Positions 59,190 to 64,000 of a DNA stretch of 64,000 nucleotides are shown piece after piece. Within the stretch, counting starts at the first letter, position 1; the number at the start of each line of letters is the position of its first letter. Source of the DNA: Mobula hypostoma (Eukaryota); contig NC_086100.1 in the NCBI RefSeq assembly GCF_963921235.1, forward strand, positions 200,882,001 through 200,946,000, given 5' to 3'. The notes beneath the pieces are model-generated. The model worked only from the letters and a program-made list of their open reading frames with translations. It did no database searches and was not told the origin of the DNA. The position numbers were made by a program, and so were the translations under genes.

Positions 59190-62110
59190 TTCTTCTTCTT
59201 TTTCGGTTGTCTGTCGAAATCCAATGACGATGTCCACTCCTTTAACGGTGAGATCTTTGATGACTATACAGTCCTAACCTGGACCCACAAGCTCTATTGC
59301 AAGTGGGACGTTTATATGTAGTCGTGGTGGCAACCATGGCTGCATTTCTCCTGGCTCTCTTCTACTGTCTTCTGGTTGTTCTTTCCATCTCCAGAATACG
59401 AACCCCGTCCCTAACACAGCTGTCACCAAGTGGTACGGTCAGCAACATCCTCCAGGTCCTCGGGTCTGATCTTGCACTTCCTTAAAGCATTCTTCATCTG
59501 ATCCTTATAGCGCTTCTTCGGCCCTCCAGCTGAGCATTGACCATGATGTAGCTGACCGTATAACACTCTGTGGGGTAGCTGACATGGGGGCATCCTTATC
59601 ACGTGCCCCAGCCACTGCAGCTGACGCTGGGTGATCATGGCCTCAATACTCCTGCAGTTGGTCTTTACAGGTATTTCAGTGTGAGGCACCCGCTCACGCC
59701 AGGTAATTCCCAGGATGCGCTGGAGGCAGCTTATATGGAAGCGCTCCAAGGACTTGATGTGACAGCTGTAGGTTACCCATACTTCACAGCTATAAAGGAG
59801 GGTGGTGACACAGACCGCTTGGTATACGGCGACCTTTGTGGAGGGGCGAAGGCTCCTGTTCTGAAAGACTCTACGCCGAAGTCTCCCAAAGGCAGCTGAG
59901 GCCTGTTTAATGCGGCTCTGGATGACGTTGTCAATGCCGCTATCCTCAGAGAGAATGCTCCCCAGATATTTGAAGGATGGCACTACTGACAGCTTTTCAT
60001 CACCAACAGTGAAGGCAGGTAGAGTGGGTGGGACACTAGTACTCCATTGGCAAACCACTTCTGTCTTGGTGGTATTGACAGTCAGCCCCATCCTGCTGTA
60101 CGCCCTCACCGCCACAGCAAGGACAGTCTGAAGATCCTCTGGAGTATGGGCCACAAGAGCACAGTCGTCTGCATACTGCAGCTCCAGGACCCGCTCTCTA
60201 CAGAGCTTGGTGGTTGCGTGGAGCCTCCTGATGTCAAAGAGGTTGCCATCTAATCTGACGTCCACTAACACGCCGCTGCTGTCTTCAATCTCGTTGTGGA
60301 GAAGCTTGGTAACACACAAGAGGAAGAGGTTAAAGAGCACTGGCGCTAGCACACGCCCCAGCCTCACCCCTGTGCGTACAAGGGAGGGCTCGGACTCTTG
60401 TCCTCCAAGGGTCACCCGAGCAGTCATCCCATCATGGAACTGGCGGAGGATGTTAACAAATTTATTGGGACAGCCAAACCTGAGGAGGACATCCCATAAA
60501 AGCTCTCTTTGCACAGTGTCAAATGCTTTGGAGAGGTCGACAAAGGCCATATACAGGTCCTAATGTTGCTCCCGGCACTTTTCCTGAAGCTGCCGGGCTG
60601 TGAAGATCATGTCGATCGTGCTCCTGTTCTTCCTAAATCCACACTGTGATTCAGGCAGCATTGACTCAGTGATGTTGCTGATGAGTCTCTGAAGCATCAC
60701 CTCAGCCAGGACCTTTCCAGCAACAGAAAGGAGTGATATGCCCCTACTATTGCCGCAGATGGCCTTGTCACCCTTCTTCTTATAAATAGTACTCATAGTC
60801 ATAGTCATAGTCATACTTTATTGATCCCAGGGGGAAATTGGTTATGACAGTGACAATGATGTTTGCATTTCTCCATTGCTGTGGGATGTTCTCATCAGTC
60901 CAGGCCTTGGTGATGTACTGGTAGAGGGTGTGCATACACATGTACCCTCCGTTCTTCAGTAACTCAGCAGGGATATTGTCAGTGTCAGAGGACTTGTTGT
61001 TCTTCAGGGAATGGACAGCTGATAGAACCTCCTGGAAGGTTGGTGGTAGACTGAGGTTGTGGATAGGAGGAAGTTCAGGCAGTTCGTCCAGGATGGTGGG
61101 TCTGTGTCAGAGTCCTGATTAAGCTCTGCCCACCTCAGCAGAATGGTATTCTGATTCTTCAGAAGTGTTAGACCATCTGTTGTTTTCAGGGGAGTAATGC
61201 ATCGATTTATTGGGCTGTGGATGGTTTTGACAGCATTGTAAAAATTATGCGTATCATTATTATCGGCAAAGGACTGGATTTCATGTGCCTTTTCAGTCCA
61301 CCACTCATTTTGTATGGCCCGTATTGCCTTTTGCACTTTCCTCCAAGCTGCCTGATGCTGGTGGATGAAGAGTTGTCTAAAGTTGTCCGGTGTGCTTTGT
61401 GCGTGTCCTTAAGCAAGTTGTGCATGGTGTCTGAGTTATCGTGAAACCAGTCTTGGTCGTTCCTGCTCTTATGGCCGATGGATTGGGCTGCTGCCTCATA
61501 GAGTGCAGAGCTGATACAGGTCCACTGTTGTTCCATGGTATTTTCTGAGCTCAGACAAGGCTCCAGCTCCCTTAGTTTCTCAGCTAGGATGCGTGGAAAC
61601 TCATTCTTGCTTCTGTGTTTCTCAGGCGGTTGCAATTTAGCCACTTTTTATTGGATTTTTGCAGCCACAAGGGGGGACGCACTTCCATATGGAGCTTGGC
61701 CACAATCATACGGTGGTTAGTCCAGCACTCTGCACCTCTCATGGCACGGGTGATGAGAACATCCTTGATGTCACTGCGTTTCACAATGATGAAATCAATC
61801 ATGTGCCATGTTTAGAGCAAGGGCGCATCCACGAGGTCTTATATTTTGCCTTCTGCTGGAAGATGGTGTTGGTTATGGTAAGGTTATGCTTAGCGCAAAG
61901 AGTCTCATGCCATTTGCATTCACCATGCTAATACCATGCCTACCTAGCACTCCACTCCATATCCTGTTGTTCTGTCCCACCCTAGCGTTGAAGTCCCCAA
62001 GCAAAAGGATCTTATCATTCTTAGGGATCCGGCAAAGAGCTTCATCCAATGTCTGATAAAAGCATTCCTTGGCCTCTTTCTCAGATGGCAAAGTTGGTGC
62101 ACAGGCAACT
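59190..62110 (-). mobile_element. Degenerate RTE-clade LINE (APE + RT)
   Basis: LLGDFNARVG, IDFIIV, RGISLLSVAGK, FVDLSKAFD, LQYADD; (GAA)n tail at about 59190; short Rex1 tail inserted at about 60793-60845. Confidence 0.88.
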
Positions 62111-62683
62111 GTGTACTACACACATCATACAACACAGCACATAATGACGATGACCACAGAAAGCATCATAGCCTGGAAGGGCAATTGCTCTGCTGTCACC
62201 ACAAGAAACTGCAGAGAACCATGGACACAGCCACCACATCATGGAGACCAAACTGCCCTCCGTGGACTCTGTCTACACCTCTTGCTGCCTCGGTAAAGCA
62301 GTCAGCAGAATCAAAGACTACTCCCCCTCCCAACCCCGGGTACGAATGGCTTTTGACAGACCAACCTAAGGTACATTACCGCCACCTACTAAGGTGCAGT
62401 GTGAAGCAGAGACAGGAAATATACAACACTATTTCTCCTCCCAAAAGAATCAAATAATATCAAAAAGGTTAATGCTTTTTAGAGTTCAGATACACACTTA
62501 AATACATTATGATGTCAATGATATCCTAACAAACTTTCCATGTTAAACTGTCTGTCCCAAAGATATCACTTTTGCTTCCCAGAGGACCTGCATTCAAACA
62601 ATATACTTTGCACTGTTTCTTGGCAAGTGTACTCCCCATAAATGTCCGATTCATGTATATTAATTCTGAACATTCTCTCTGTA

Positions 62684-63308
62684 AACTGGACTGGTCAAAG
62701 AACACTGAGGCTGTCTACAAGAAGGTTCAGAGCCGTCTCTATTTCCTGAGGAGACTGAGGTCCTTTAACATCTGCTGGACGATGCTGAGGATGTTCTACA
62801 AGTCTGTGGTGGCCAGTGCTATCATGTCTGCTTTTGTGTGCTGGGGCAGCAGGCTGAGGGTAGCAGACACCAACAGAATCAACAAACTCATTCGTAAGGC
62901 CAGTGACGTTGTGGGGATGGAACTGGACTATCTGACGGTGTTGTCTGAAAAGAGGATGCTGTCTAAGTTGCTTGCCATCTTGGACAATGTCTCCCATCCA
63001 CTACATAATGTACTGGGTGGGCACAGGAGTACATTCAGCCAGAGACTCATTCCACCGAGATGCAACACAGAGCGTCATAGGAAGTCATTCCTGCCTGTGG
63101 CCATCAAACTTTACAACTCCTCCCTTGGAGGGTCAGACACCCTGAGCCAATAGGCTGGTCCTGGACTTATTTCATAATTTACTGGCATAATTTACATATT
63201 ACTATTTAACTATTTATGGTTTTATTACTATTTAATTATTTATGGTGCGACTGTAACGAAAACCAATTTCCCCCGGGATCAATAGAGTATGACTGTGACT
63301 ATGACTAT
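62684..63308 (+). mobile_element. Rex1/Babar LINE 3' fragment
   Basis: KLDWSKNTEAVYKKVQSRLYFLRRL...; near-identical to 37034-37546; GACTAT tail. Confidence 0.87.
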
Positions 63309-64000
63309 TCTTTTCGCTCCCATTGGGCAGAGGATACAGAAGCCTGAAAGCACATACAGCAGGCTCAATGACAAATTCTATCCTGCTGTTATAAGTCAGA
63401 TATTGAATGGTCTCCTCATAAGGCCTCACACCTTATTGTCAGCTTACACTGCCCTTTCTCGAAACACACACAGAACGTTTCGGCAGCAGCTTCCACCCCA
63501 CTGCCACCACATCTTGAACGGACGATGAACCCATGTACACTATCTCACTAGCTCTCTTTTTGTACTATTAAATTTTATATATATACACCTTATTGTAATT
63601 TATACATTTTATTATGTATTGCAATGTACTCCTCTGCATATCTTTTGACATATGCCAGTGATAGTGAACCTGATTCTGATGTAGGACTTCATTCTCCATT
63701 CTCGCGTTGTTTTTCCCTTGTATACCTCAATGTGCTGATGTGAGGGACATGATCTGTATGGATTGGATGGAATGGAAAGGTTTTCACTGTACCTTGGTAC
63801 TTGTGACAATAATAAACCAATCTTCAACGTTCTAATCTTCCTTCTATTGGTGCTAACATCTTCAGACAATTCCTGAGCTGCTTGCCTGATGCCTTGATTA
63901 TTAATTGTTGCCATCTGCTCAACCTTCCTTCTTTGCCTCTTCTTTTTTCCACACGTTATCACCCTTCTATGTATAATAGTCTGTTTTCTGTAAATCTGAT

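Noticed and set aside
63612..64000. Basic open frame at the window end (KKKRQRRK...)
   Set aside because: No recognisable homology, it runs into a repeat, and no splice donor was identified; cannot be called from this window

Overview
Vertebrate genomic DNA. The CR1/Penelope/Rex1 repeat landscape suggests a cartilaginous fish, probably a ray (inference). Two spliced genes lie tail-to-tail. (1) The 3' two-thirds of IDH3B (+ strand): exons 6403-15922 plus two alternative terminal coding exons at 16908-16997 and 19942-20019. (2) The complete NOP56 gene (- strand): 12 coding exons from 30964 to 22732, 558 aa, with a CpG-island promoter and five intronic snoRNAs (SNORD110, SNORA51, SNORD86-like, SNORD56, SNORD57). 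The remainder, including almost all of 33.6-64 kb, is nested transposable elements: CR1, L1, HERO-type RLE, Nimb/I, Rex1/Babar, RTE, Penelope-like, a solo LTR, a gypsy gag relic, a deleted ERV with a tRNA-Leu PBS, two hAT elements and a tRNA-SINE. There are also three tandem arrays. Most notable: a SNORD86-type snoRNA placed between two splice donors, with an in-frame stop inside it and a predicted helix masking the upstream donor (cis autoregulatory splicing switch); minimal hammerhead ribozymes in Penelope-derived elements, two of them sense within IDH3B introns, plus a family of fold-back copies; a perfect 55-bp hairpin in NOP56 intron 7; a duplicated in-frame splice donor in IDH3B; and a LINE-derived 109-bp array with higher-order structure. 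Exon numbers follow the human genes from memory. TE boundaries without TSDs are approximate.
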